Below, one piece after another: positions 50,417 to 60,733 of a DNA stretch of 64,000 nt. Numbering within the stretch: the first letter of the stretch is position 1; every line of letters begins with the position of its first letter. The notes under the pieces were generated by a model, which saw only the letters and a program-made list of their open reading frames with translations, was not told the DNA's origin and searched no databases. The translations under genes were made by a program, and so were the position numbers. The stretch is from Promethearchaeota archaeon (lineage in GTDB: Archaea > Asgardarchaeota > Lokiarchaeia > Sigyniarchaeales > SOKP01): positions 1-64,000 of the forward strand of contig JAHPZE010000025.1 of NCBI GenBank assembly GCA_019058365.1, given 5' to 3'.

Positions 50417-50950
50417 TTATTCTTTTATTTTTAAATTTTCTTTCTTACTTGTGCCTTCCTTCTTCTTTTCGGTAGGACTCTTTAATCTTACTGAATATAT
50501 TTGTTTTATCTCCATAAGGTCCTCACACTTTTCGCATTTATCTATCCTTTTAAATATAAAATCTCCTTTCTCATAATTTCTGACTTTTGTCATTCCACAT
50601 AATTTACAGATCAAAATTGTTAGAGTTTGTCTAATAGGTTCAGTAGGACTTTTTCGGATTTGGATTAATGTAGCCCCAAAACAAATAAACATAAAACCAA
50701 TTGACCAACTTGTGACTTTATCTAGACCAGTATCAAGATAGATAAATATTACTCCTACAACGATTAATATAATTAATAAAATGTTCTTTAAAACGCTTTT
50801 TAAAGTAATTCCTTTTTTGAGTATTTCCTCGTCTTCTTCGTCTTCAATCATTACAATTGTCCAAATATCTTCTTTCCTATGCTTTATAATAGAAAAGAAT
50901 AAATAAATTTTTTTATTATAAAAAGTTAATAGATTATAGATATCAAACAT
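50417..50950 (-). CDS. Two-TM membrane protein with CxxC..CxxC zinc ribbon (archaeal hypothetical)
   Basis: Two TM helices, CKLCG...R.YEKGDFIF...CEKC...IY; divergent from DUF1512; start probably downstream of the track start. Confidence 0.7.
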   Translation of the reverse strand: MFDIYNLLTFYNKKIYLFFSIIKHRKEDIWTIVMIEDEEDEEILKKGITLKSVLKNILLIILIVVGVIFIYLDTGLDKVTSWSIGFMFICFGATLIQIRKSPTEPIRQTLTILICKLCGMTKVRNYEKGDFIFKRIDKCEKCEDLMEIKQIYSVRLKSPTEKKKEGTSKKENLKIKE

Positions 50951-50969
50951 AACTTAATATAAAAATGAG

Positions 50970-52109
50970 ATGAATAATATATATCAAATAGCACAGACAA
51001 CAGATCCCATTTCTCTTATAATATCATTATTGTGGTTAGTACTTATATTTGTATCAATGTTTTATGGACAAAAAATACAAGCATGGAAAGCAGCTAAAGA
51101 CCTTCAAACTGCTTTAGAAAAATTGAAAAAGTGGAATGATGAATGCAAAGAAATTTTGATTACAAACTTTAAAGAGTTTGCTGATAAGAAGAAAACACAG
51201 AAAGATTTAATGTTCCAACTCGAAGATTTAATGACTTTTGTCACTATTGGACCTGTATCTCTCGATCCATATGGAATTATTCCTAAATTCGATCATGTTG
51301 TTGATGTTCGAGACAATAGGTATAAAGAGGAAGTAGAATTATTAGCTCCAAATGCTGATACTGTTCAAAGAGAAAATTTGGAAAATTTATTGGAAGCAGC
51401 CATGGCTATAGATTTTATCTACAGGCTAATTCGACACTATCTTATACTTGGCAAGAAATCAAAATCAATGATTTTATTACTTCAGATTTCATACCAATTG
51501 GGATTAATTATGAGTATGGCAAAAGCCTATTATCTCGCAGCTAAAGCTTTCTCAGAAGGATCTCCTATAGGAGATGGCTTAGGAGCTTTAGTTGCAGCTA
51601 GCTTTATAAGAGCTGTTACAGATGATGATATTAAAGTTGATGAAATTGCACGAGATACAATTGTCCAGGAGGTAAATTTTGAAGAAAGGACAATTTTTGT
51701 AGTACGTGCTAAGGGTCCGGGGGGAACTGTTGGAAAACCAGGAAAAGCTATCAAGAAATTAATTGATCAGCATGGAGATACTATTTCAAGAATAATTATG
51801 ATTGATGCTGGGCTGAAGCTTACTGGAGATAAAACCGGTTCAATAGCAATAGGTGTTGGTGCAGCTATAGGAGGTATAGGAATTGAAAAACACTTTATTG
51901 AAGAAGCTTCAACTGAAAAATCAATACCGATTGATGCTCTTATTTGCAAGGAATCGTTAGAAGATGCAATAACAACCATGAAAAGACCAATTACTCAATC
52001 TGTTGTAAAATTTGTTGACAACATAAAAACATCTATCCGAAAACGGACAGAAAAAGGTACAAAAATTATTATAGCTGGTATTGGCAATACAATTGGAATT
52101 GGAGTATAA
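50970..52109 (+). CDS. DUF1512 family archaeal protein
   Basis: LDPYGII, PIGDGLG, KGPGGTVGKPG, IDAGLK, GIGNTIG. Confidence 0.85.
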   Translation: MNNIYQIAQTTDPISLIISLLWLVLIFVSMFYGQKIQAWKAAKDLQTALEKLKKWNDECKEILITNFKEFADKKKTQKDLMFQLEDLMTFVTIGPVSLDPYGIIPKFDHVVDVRDNRYKEEVELLAPNADTVQRENLENLLEAAMAIDFIYRLIRHYLILGKKSKSMILLLQISYQLGLIMSMAKAYYLAAKAFSEGSPIGDGLGALVAASFIRAVTDDDIKVDEIARDTIVQEVNFEERTIFVVRAKGPGGTVGKPGKAIKKLIDQHGDTISRIIMIDAGLKLTGDKTGSIAIGVGAAIGGIGIEKHFIEEASTEKSIPIDALICKESLEDAITTMKRPITQSVVKFVDNIKTSIRKRTEKGTKIIIAGIGNTIGIGV

Positions 52110-52345
52110 TTATTACTTATTGTTTTTAACTAAGATTTATTTTTTTACCAATATTTTTAGCAATTTTTGTAAAATAACTTTTAATCTCTAAAAGCAAATA
52201 TCGATAATATCACCATAAGAAAAATAGAAATGATTTTATAATTAAGGAAATATCATTAATTAATTGAATTTTATAATCAAATGAAAAATATATTAGATAA
52301 TTAAGTCAAAATTTAAATTGAGGTGGAAAGAAAATTTACGGCTAT

Positions 52346-54196
52346 ATGGGAAAGATTCTGAGAGTTGATTTAACAAGTGGTAAAATTAGTGAAGAATTTC
52401 CTGATGAAGAAACATTAAAATTGTATTTAGGAGGAGCAGGATTAGCAACTAAATATTTACTTGAAGAAGTGCCAAAAGGAGTTGATCCATTAGGACCAGA
52501 GAATAAACTTATATTTATGACTGGACCACTTACAGGTACTCCCTCACCTAGTACTGGAAGATATAGTATAGTTTCGAAATCTCCTCTTACTGGAGGATGG
52601 GGCGAAGCTAATTCCGCTGGTTATTGGGGTGTAGACTTTAAAAGATCTGGTTTTGATGGAATTATTTTCGAAGGAGTATCCTCTAAACCTGTTTATTTTC
52701 TTACGGAAGAGGGAAAAGCGGAATTAAAAGATGCTTCAGATATATGGGGTAAAAAAACTCACGAGGCAACAAAGATAATAAAGGAGAGACACGGAGAGAG
52801 ATATAATGTTGCTTTGATTGGTCCTGCAGGTGAAAATTTAGTTAAATATGCGGCAGTTATGAATGATTGTGATAAACCTTTCTATGGGCGAGCTGCGGGA
52901 CGATGTGGTATGGGTGCAGTAATGGGATCTAAAAAGTTGAAAGCGGTAGTATCGCATGGAAAGTCAAAAATTGAAGTGGCAAAACCAGACGAATATAAGG
53001 AAGAAGCAAAGCAGAGATTTGATTGGGTAAATCAAAGTTTATTAAAGATGACTTTAGAGGTATTCGGAACAGCCACTATGGTTGACCTCGTAAATATTAA
53101 AGGAGGGCTCCCAACAAATAATTGGCAAACAGGAGTATTTCCTAAGCCTGATGTTATTAATGGAACTGCTATCAATGATAATATCCTTATAGATAGAAAA
53201 CCATGTTTTTCATGTCCAATTGCTTGTGGAAGAATTGCAGAGATTAAAGAAGGTCCATATAAAAGTGTTGGTGAAGGACCTGAATATGAATCTATTGGTG
53301 CTTTAGGTACTATGTGTGGTCTTGATGATTTAAATGCGATTACTTATGCCCACTTTCTATGTAATGAATATGGTCTTGATACTATTTCTGCGGGAAATAC
53401 TATTGGTTTTGCAATGGAATGCACTGAAAAGGGAATTTTAACTGATACAGATGGTATTAATCTAAAATTTGGGAATGCTCAAGCAGTTATTGAAATGCTT
53501 GAAAAAATTACCAAACGAGAGGGTATTGGCGATCTTTTAGCTGAAGGTGTGAAAATAATGTCAAATAGATTAGGTAAAGGTTCTGAAAAGTTCGCTATGC
53601 ATGTGAAAGGTCTTGAACTTCCTTGTTATGATCCTAGAGCAGCAAAAATTACTGGTTTAGCTTATGTAACAGCAAATCGAGGGGGAGATCATATAACTGC
53701 TTATATTGAAGGTCCAGCATTTCTAGCGATGCCCTTTATGATTGTTGATGATGCAGATGTGGGTGATCCACTCCAAGAAATACCAGAAAAGACAAGAATA
53801 GTAAAAGATTTTGAGGATTCGTTTGGTGTTTTTGATGCGATTGGTGGATGTAAATTCATGGGGATGGTCCTTACTGCAGAAGATTGGGCTGGATTAATTT
53901 CAAAGCTTATGGGTTACGATTTTACAGCTACTGACTTTAGAAAAACAGGTGAAAGAATTTACAACCTTGAAAGGGCATTTCTAGTAAGAGAAGGTTTTTC
54001 AAGAAAAGATGATACTTTACCTCCAAGATTATTAGAAGAACCCTTACCAGAGGGACCTGCTGAAGGACATACAGTCAATTTAGCCCCTATGTTGGATGCC
54101 TATTATGAATTTCGTGGTTGGGATAAAGATGGCAAACCAACTAAAGAAAAACTTCAAGAACTCGGTTTAGATTGGGTTATTAACAAAATCTATTAA
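52346..54196 (+). CDS. aor: Aldehyde:ferredoxin oxidoreductase family (W-pterin) protein
   Basis: GKILRVDL, KSPLTG, GRCGMGAVMGSK, CFSCPIAC, GPEYE, GLDTIS, YYEFRGWD; start possibly ATT 52334. Confidence 0.93.
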   Translation: MGKILRVDLTSGKISEEFPDEETLKLYLGGAGLATKYLLEEVPKGVDPLGPENKLIFMTGPLTGTPSPSTGRYSIVSKSPLTGGWGEANSAGYWGVDFKRSGFDGIIFEGVSSKPVYFLTEEGKAELKDASDIWGKKTHEATKIIKERHGERYNVALIGPAGENLVKYAAVMNDCDKPFYGRAAGRCGMGAVMGSKKLKAVVSHGKSKIEVAKPDEYKEEAKQRFDWVNQSLLKMTLEVFGTATMVDLVNIKGGLPTNNWQTGVFPKPDVINGTAINDNILIDRKPCFSCPIACGRIAEIKEGPYKSVGEGPEYESIGALGTMCGLDDLNAITYAHFLCNEYGLDTISAGNTIGFAMECTEKGILTDTDGINLKFGNAQAVIEMLEKITKREGIGDLLAEGVKIMSNRLGKGSEKFAMHVKGLELPCYDPRAAKITGLAYVTANRGGDHITAYIEGPAFLAMPFMIVDDADVGDPLQEIPEKTRIVKDFEDSFGVFDAIGGCKFMGMVLTAEDWAGLISKLMGYDFTATDFRKTGERIYNLERAFLVREGFSRKDDTLPPRLLEEPLPEGPAEGHTVNLAPMLDAYYEFRGWDKDGKPTKEKLQELGLDWVINKIY

Positions 54197-54233
54197 TATT
54201 TTTTATATATTTTTTTTTATTAAATTCTAAAAA

Positions 54234-55934
54234 GTGAGAATGTTGGGAGAGAAAAAAGTTACATATGCAGATAAACCTTGGTTAAAATCTTATAAAATTG
54301 GACCATTTCCACTTAAAAAAACAATGCAACCATATCCAGAGATAAATATTTATCAATTCCTCGTGGATTCTGCTACAAAATATCCAGACAACATTGCAAC
54401 CAAATATCTTGGAGATGAGATGACTTATAAAGAATTAAAGCTTAAAGTTGATAAACTTGCAAGTGCTCTCGTCGACTTCGGAGTAAGAAAAGGAATTATG
54501 GTTGCTTCTGTTCTTCCTTCTTCTCCTGAATTTATCTTAATTCATTTTGCTGCCTTGAAACTTGGAGCTATACATGTGCCATTAAGTATATTGCATGATA
54601 AGGTAGATTTAGAATACGAATTAAAAGAAAGTGGAGCAGAGGTTGTTTTATGTTCATATCGGCGTCTTGAACGTGTGAATGAAGTAAAACCAAATACTAA
54701 CCTAAAAACCGTGATATACACACCAATCAAATTATTTCCAGATTACAAATTACCAGATATGAAAAAGCTTACTGAACATGGATATTATTTGTTAGATGAC
54801 TTGCTAGAAAAATATGAGCCCCATACAGAAACAGTAAATATTAATCCTAAAGAAGATTTAGCATTACTTCCTTTTACAGGAGGTACAACGGGGGTACCTA
54901 AAGCAACAATGCTAACTCATTTCAACGTTACTTCTAATGTAATCCAATTATTCCATTGGATGATGGATCCCCTAAAGTCTGGTATAATAGGAAAAGCCGC
55001 AGTAACAATATGTGTTCCGCTTTTTCATGCATACGGACAAATCAGTATGCATGTTTGTGTATCATGGGGATTGAAAATGTTATTAATGGATCCAAGAGAT
55101 ATGCTTAAAATTGCAGAAGTTATTAAAGAAATTCGACCATTTATGGTTTTAGGTGTACCAACTCATTATATGTATTTACTTAAATTAGATCTTCCAAAAG
55201 CTCCAATTTTTTATATTTCTGGAGCTGCACCCTTAGCTCCTGAACTTGCTGATGAGTTTTCAAAAAAAACGGGAGTTCCTATGAGTGAAGGATATGGTGC
55301 AACAGAGACTAGCGCATCTAGCCATATTAATCTTTCTTCAATGTCGAAAGTTACAGGATTTATGGCAGCTACGAAACCTGGAGTCGGAGTACCTATAGCG
55401 GACACTGAAGTTAAACTTGTTAGTCCAGATACAGGAGAAGAAGTACCCTTCGGAGAAGCTGGTGAAGTTTGGATTCGTGGACCACAAATTATGAAAGGGT
55501 ATTGGCCAACTCCAGGCAAAGGTTTAACAGAAGATGGTTGGTTGCAAATGGGAGATATTGGAATAATGGATAATGATGGATTTTTTAGAATAGTAGATCG
55601 AATAAAAGACATGATTAATGTATCAGGAAATAAAGTATACTCACGGGTTATTGATGATATTTTGCATGAACATGAAGCAATTGATGAAGCAGGTGTGATT
55701 GGAATTCCTGATATTGAACGTCCTGGGAGCGAAAGAGTAAAAGCATTTGTCCAACTTAAAGAACCTTTTAAGGGGAAGGTATCTGAATCAGAGATTATTG
55801 AATTCTTGAAGGACAAAGTAAAACCATACGCCTTACCAAAAGAAGTGGAGTTTCGCGATAGTTTACCATTAACTATGGTAATGAAGCTTAACAAGAAACA
55901 GCTAAGAGATGAAGAAGCAGCTAAAAGGAAATAA
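54234..55934 (+). CDS. Long-chain acyl-CoA synthetase (AMP-forming)
   Basis: FTGGTTGVPK, GYGATE, GPQIMKGYW, GD, DRIKDMI. Confidence 0.92.
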   Translation: MRMLGEKKVTYADKPWLKSYKIGPFPLKKTMQPYPEINIYQFLVDSATKYPDNIATKYLGDEMTYKELKLKVDKLASALVDFGVRKGIMVASVLPSSPEFILIHFAALKLGAIHVPLSILHDKVDLEYELKESGAEVVLCSYRRLERVNEVKPNTNLKTVIYTPIKLFPDYKLPDMKKLTEHGYYLLDDLLEKYEPHTETVNINPKEDLALLPFTGGTTGVPKATMLTHFNVTSNVIQLFHWMMDPLKSGIIGKAAVTICVPLFHAYGQISMHVCVSWGLKMLLMDPRDMLKIAEVIKEIRPFMVLGVPTHYMYLLKLDLPKAPIFYISGAAPLAPELADEFSKKTGVPMSEGYGATETSASSHINLSSMSKVTGFMAATKPGVGVPIADTEVKLVSPDTGEEVPFGEAGEVWIRGPQIMKGYWPTPGKGLTEDGWLQMGDIGIMDNDGFFRIVDRIKDMINVSGNKVYSRVIDDILHEHEAIDEAGVIGIPDIERPGSERVKAFVQLKEPFKGKVSESEIIEFLKDKVKPYALPKEVEFRDSLPLTMVMKLNKKQLRDEEAAKRK

Positions 55935-56153
55935 AGTTTAGAAACTTTATACTTGAGTTATAATAAAATAAGAGGACTTAAAGGATTAGAAAATCTTGTA
56001 GATTTATCGGAATTATATCTTAATAAAAATCTATTTTCATCAGGAATATATCAAGAATTTAACTTAAAAAATGGTTCATTTGATAATGTTTACAAACCTC
56101 TCAGAGACTTGTGGAATATTGTAAAAAAATTAAATAAACAGCATACAGCCTAA
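55935..56153 (+). pseudogene. Leucine-rich-repeat (SDS22-like) gene remnant
   Basis: SLETLYLSYNKIRGLKGLENLVDLSELYLNKN begins immediately after the ligase stop; only about 1.5 repeats and no proper N-terminus. Confidence 0.65.
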
Positions 56154-56250
56154 TAAAACTAAATTCTAATTTTTTAACACTTTTTATTTACTTTTATGAT
56201 TAAAATTAGATTACCTATAAAAATCAATTAAAATTTAAAATAAATGAAAT

Positions 56251-56355
56251 ATTGAGTTTCCAAAGACTTTACCCTTAACATTAGCTATGAAAATTTTTAA
56301 AAGAAAACTAAGAGATGAAGAAATCGCAAAAATGAAAGAAAGGGGGAGAAATTAA
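56251..56355 (+). pseudogene. 3'-end remnant of a second acyl-CoA synthetase
   Basis: IEFPKTLPLTLAMKIFKRKLRDEEIAKMK aligns with VEFRDSLPLTMVMKLNKKQLRDEEAAKRK, the end of 54234..55934. Confidence 0.7.
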
Positions 56356-56483
56356 GTAAAGTTAAAATTTATACAATATTTTTTGTTTTTAATAGATAAA
56401 TGAAATATTTATTGAAATCTTAATTTAATAAAATAAGCAAATAAAAAACAGATAAAATAATAAGTTAATTAAATTGTTTAAGA

Positions 56484-56915
56484 GTGATAAAAATGAAATT
56501 TGGAACGCCAGAATGGGCTAACGCGTATTGTAAGGCAATTAATGATAATGCAAATTATAGAGATGCCGCCGGACCGGATGGATTTCCACCTGATGGATGG
56601 GAAGGAGATTTTCTCTTCATTGTAGAACCTTCTGGGAATTTAGACCATGAAATTAGGATGTTTGTGGGGCTTTACCATGGAGAATGTACAGGAGCTAGAA
56701 TAGTTGAAAAAGGCGAGGACGTCAAGACAGAATATATATATTCAGGACCTTATGATGCTTGGGTAAAAGTCTTAAAAAAGGAATTAGATCCAATTCGAGG
56801 CTTGCTCGCTGGAAAGTTTAAACTTAAAGGCGATATGGCTAAAGTTCTTAGAGCTACTAGAGCCGCACAAGAACTTGTTGTCTCTACCACTATGATAGAT
56901 ACTGAATTTTATTAG
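56484..56915 (+). CDS. SCP2 sterol/lipid-binding domain protein
   Basis: FGTPEW, WEGDF, LDPIRGLLAGKFKLKGDM. Confidence 0.88.
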   Translation: MIKMKFGTPEWANAYCKAINDNANYRDAAGPDGFPPDGWEGDFLFIVEPSGNLDHEIRMFVGLYHGECTGARIVEKGEDVKTEYIYSGPYDAWVKVLKKELDPIRGLLAGKFKLKGDMAKVLRATRAAQELVVSTTMIDTEFY

Positions 56916-56951
56916 AATACTATGTAATTTTACTATTTTTTTTCTTTTTTA

Positions 56952-57791
56952 TTGAATCTTAAAGAGCTTTTAAAAAGTATAATGGATAATACCACCAATA
57001 ATTTAGTTGAATTAACAACCAAGCAAGTCTATTTCTTTGATTTAGATGGTACACTCTACTTAGGAAACAAACTATTTAAGGGTGTTCCTGAGCTAATTGA
57101 ACTTTTGAACAAACTAGAGAAAAAATTTTATTTTCTTTCAAATAATTCAAGCAAATCAACTGATGATTACTTGAAAAAATTAAACAAATTTAATCTAAGA
57201 ATAAATCGAGATAATCTTATTTTATCACAACACCCCACAATAGAGTTTCTAAAAAAAAATAACTATAAAAAAATATTCTTATTAGGAACTCAGTCTCTTA
57301 AAAATGAATTTAAGAATGAAGGATTTGAATTAACTGAAGAAGAACCACAAATTTTAGTGCTTGCTTTTGATCAAGAACTAACTTATGAACGCTTAATGAA
57401 AGCTGCCTATCTCCTTCAAAAAAAAGACTTCCCATATATAGCAACTCATCTTGATAATAGATGCCCTACTGAAAATGGATATATTCCCGATGCAGGAGGA
57501 ATAGCTGCGCTTCTCTACAAAGCTACAGAGAGAATGCCGAAAGTTTTCGGGAAACCAAATAAAGAAATGCTTCTTTTTAAGTTGAACCCATTAGGAATTT
57601 CTCCTAAAAATGCAGTTATATTTGGAGATCGTCTTTATACTGATATAAAAATGGGAAAGGAAGCAGAAGTAATAACGTGTTGCGTATTATCTGGTGAAAT
57701 AACTATGGATATGATAAAAAATAGTAATCTTAAACCCGATTTCATTATAAGTGGAATTTGGGAACTTTTAAATGAATTCAAAAAGCTATAA
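56952..57791 (+). CDS. HAD-IIA (NagD-like) phosphatase
   Basis: FDLDGTLY, SNNSSK, GKP, GDRLYTD. Confidence 0.9.
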   Translation: MNLKELLKSIMDNTTNNLVELTTKQVYFFDLDGTLYLGNKLFKGVPELIELLNKLEKKFYFLSNNSSKSTDDYLKKLNKFNLRINRDNLILSQHPTIEFLKKNNYKKIFLLGTQSLKNEFKNEGFELTEEEPQILVLAFDQELTYERLMKAAYLLQKKDFPYIATHLDNRCPTENGYIPDAGGIAALLYKATERMPKVFGKPNKEMLLFKLNPLGISPKNAVIFGDRLYTDIKMGKEAEVITCCVLSGEITMDMIKNSNLKPDFIISGIWELLNEFKKL

Positions 57792-57956
57792 TTGCGATTT
57801 TCTGCTTTTACTCTCTACTTTTCGAAAGTTTTATTTCCTTTATGAAATTACTTTAATAATAAATGTTTTACAAGTTATCTAGGTAAAATATAAAAACTAA
57901 TACTGTTGTTTTTATCTTATCTAAATTTGGTGATTATGAGATTTTGGTAGAGTAAC

Positions 57957-60650
57957 ATGACAACCACTGAAAATAAAAAACTTGTCTATGACTTTAGTGA
58001 AGGAAATAAGGATTTAAAGAATCTCCTTGGTGGAAAAGGAGCCAATTTAGCTGAAATGACTAATTTAGGACTCAATATTCCCCCAGGGTTTACAATAACT
58101 ACTGAAGCATGCTTACTGTATTTTGGAAATCCTGAAAAAGTAATGAAAGAACTAACTCCAAGCGTAATGGATTATTTAAAAACTTTAGAGCAAAACACAG
58201 GAAAGAAATTTGGAGATAACAAAAATCCTTTAATGGTAAGCGTTCGCTCCGGAGCTCCAATGAGCATGCCAGGCATGATGGATACAGTTCTTAACTTAGG
58301 GTTAAACGATGAAAGCGTTTTAGGGTTAGCAGGACAAACTGAAAATCCCCGATTTGCATATGATAGTTACAGACGTTTTATTCAGATGTTCGGAGATGTA
58401 GTTATGGGGATTGGAGATGAAAAATTCGAGAGAATATTAAATAAATACAAACGAGCAATTGGACGAAATGCTCAGGATACAGATTTGGAGATGATAGATC
58501 TACAAAAAATTATTGCTGACTATAAAGCATTGTATGAGGAAGAAATTGGCTCCCCATTTCCACAAGATCCAATTAAACAATTATTTTTAGCGATTGAAGC
58601 AGTATTCAAATCTTGGAATAATAGAAGAGCTATAACATATAGGAAAATCAACAATATACCTGATTATGGCACAGCTGTTAACATTCAAGCAATGGTTTTT
58701 GGAAATAAAGGTTGGAATTCAGCTACTGGAGTTGCTTTTACTCGAGATCCATCAACGGGGGAGAATAGCAAATTTGGGGAATATTTAACAAATGCACAAG
58801 GAGAGGATGTTGTTGCTGGGATAAGAACTCCTAAAAAATTGGAAGAAATGAAGGATGAATTTCCTAAGATATACAAACAATTGATAAATACAATGAACAA
58901 ATTGGAAAAACATTATAGAGATATGCAAGACATTGAATTTACAATTGAAGATGGGAAATTAAATATATTGCAAACCCGAAATGGGAAAAGAACACCATCA
59001 GCAGCAGTCAAAATTGCGGTTGATATGGTTAAAGAACATTTAATTACTAAAGAAGAGGCAATAATGAGTATTGATGCTAGCAAGGTTGCTAAATTATTAT
59101 TTAAAAGTATTGATGAGAATGCCATTGTTCATGTTTTAGCTCATGGAATTAATGCGTCTCCTGGAGCGGTTTCTGGAAAGGCGATTTTTGATTCTGATAG
59201 AGCAGAAGCATTAGCAAATCAAGGAGAAAAAGAGATTATCTTAGTACGGCCTCAAACAAAACCTGAAGATATACATGGGCTTTATGCTTCAAGTGGTGTG
59301 TTAACTCAATTTGGTGGAAAAACTTCACATGCAGCAGTAGTTGCAAGGGGAATGGGCAAACCTGCTGTTGTAGGAGCTCAAGATGTTGAAATTGATGAAG
59401 AAAATAGACAATTTAGAGTTGCTGAAATGATTGTTAGCGAAGGAACTTGGATTACTATAGACGGAACAACAGGTAGGGTTATTGAGGGAAAAGTTCCCTT
59501 AGTTGAGCCTGAAATTAAAGGAGAGTTCCTTGAATTATTAGAAATAGCAGATGAGATAAAGACTCTAGGTGTGAGGGCTAATGCTGATACCCCTACTGAT
59601 GCACGGAAAGCAATAGAATTTGGAGCTGAAGGAATTGGACTTACAAGAACAGAACATATGTTCATGGATATTTCTCGTCTACCCATTGTTCAGAATATGA
59701 TTATGGCAAGAAAAACAGAAGAACGACAGGATGCATTAAATAAGCTACTTCCAATGCAAAGGGGTGATTTTTATGAAATTTTTAAAATTATGGAAGGGAA
59801 ACCTGTAACAATAAGATTGCTAGACCCGCCTTTACATGAGTTTTTACCGGAGTTATCTACTGTTATGTTAGAAAGTCAAGAACTCAAAATGACAAATGCC
59901 TTATCTAATACATTATTAGGTACAAGTCCGCTTGATGCTGAAATAAAGAAAAAGAATAAAGTTATTAGCCTGATCAGATCCCTCTCCGAAGAGAACCCCA
60001 TGATGGGCTTGAGAGGGTGTAGATTAGGAATTGTATGGCCAGAGATCAACGAGATGCAGGTGAGAGCTATTTTCGAAGCAGCTTGTGAACTCAAACAAAA
60101 AGGCATTGAAGTAATACCTGAGGTCATGATTCCTCTTGTTGGAATGCTTTCAGAGTTACAATTGGTTAAATCCCAGCTTCTTGAGATTGCCGAAGAGATT
60201 ATCAAGGATTCGGGTGTAGAGTTAGAATACAAATTCGGGACGATGATCGAAATTCCCAGAGCAGCCTTAACTGCGGATGAAATCGCCATTGAAGCGGAAT
60301 TCTTTTCATTCGGCACAAATGATTTAACACAGATGACATATGGTTTCTCTCGCGATGACGCCGAAGGTAAATTTCTCCCTATTTACTTAAACAAGGAGAT
60401 TTTAGAGAGTAATCCCTTTGAAGTTCTCGATCAAGATGGTGTTGGAAAGTTAATGAAATTAGCTATTGAATTAGGAAGAAAAACTAGACCAGATTTGAAA
60501 TTAGGTATATGTGGTGAACATGGAGGAGAACCAAGTTCAATAAAGTTCGCGCATTCTATCGGTTTAAATTATGTCTCTTGTTCTCCATACAGAATTCCCG
60601 TAGCTAGAATTGCCGCAGCTCAAGCTGCAATTGAGCAACAACAAAAATAA
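57957..60650 (+). CDS. ppdK: Pyruvate, phosphate dikinase
   Basis: LLGGKGANLAEM, VSVRSG, QGEDVVAG, TSHAAVVAR, GTNDLTQ, CGEHGG. Confidence 0.98.
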   Translation: MTTTENKKLVYDFSEGNKDLKNLLGGKGANLAEMTNLGLNIPPGFTITTEACLLYFGNPEKVMKELTPSVMDYLKTLEQNTGKKFGDNKNPLMVSVRSGAPMSMPGMMDTVLNLGLNDESVLGLAGQTENPRFAYDSYRRFIQMFGDVVMGIGDEKFERILNKYKRAIGRNAQDTDLEMIDLQKIIADYKALYEEEIGSPFPQDPIKQLFLAIEAVFKSWNNRRAITYRKINNIPDYGTAVNIQAMVFGNKGWNSATGVAFTRDPSTGENSKFGEYLTNAQGEDVVAGIRTPKKLEEMKDEFPKIYKQLINTMNKLEKHYRDMQDIEFTIEDGKLNILQTRNGKRTPSAAVKIAVDMVKEHLITKEEAIMSIDASKVAKLLFKSIDENAIVHVLAHGINASPGAVSGKAIFDSDRAEALANQGEKEIILVRPQTKPEDIHGLYASSGVLTQFGGKTSHAAVVARGMGKPAVVGAQDVEIDEENRQFRVAEMIVSEGTWITIDGTTGRVIEGKVPLVEPEIKGEFLELLEIADEIKTLGVRANADTPTDARKAIEFGAEGIGLTRTEHMFMDISRLPIVQNMIMARKTEERQDALNKLLPMQRGDFYEIFKIMEGKPVTIRLLDPPLHEFLPELSTVMLESQELKMTNALSNTLLGTSPLDAEIKKKNKVISLIRSLSEENPMMGLRGCRLGIVWPEINEMQVRAIFEAACELKQKGIEVIPEVMIPLVGMLSELQLVKSQLLEIAEEIIKDSGVELEYKFGTMIEIPRAALTADEIAIEAEFFSFGTNDLTQMTYGFSRDDAEGKFLPIYLNKEILESNPFEVLDQDGVGKLMKLAIELGRKTRPDLKLGICGEHGGEPSSIKFAHSIGLNYVSCSPYRIPVARIAAAQAAIEQQQK

Positions 60651-60733
60651 GTTTTACTTAAATTTTTATTGATCATCTTATTTATTATCGCTTTAAATTT
60701 TATAAATTTAAATGATATTATATTCTAAAGATT

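Noticed and set aside
55211-55894. 227-aa antisense ORF and the other short opposite-strand or nested ORFs in the track (e.g. 14652..15023, 59876..60316, 62450..63805 set)
   Set aside because: They are shadows of well-supported genes on the other strand and have no motifs of their own.
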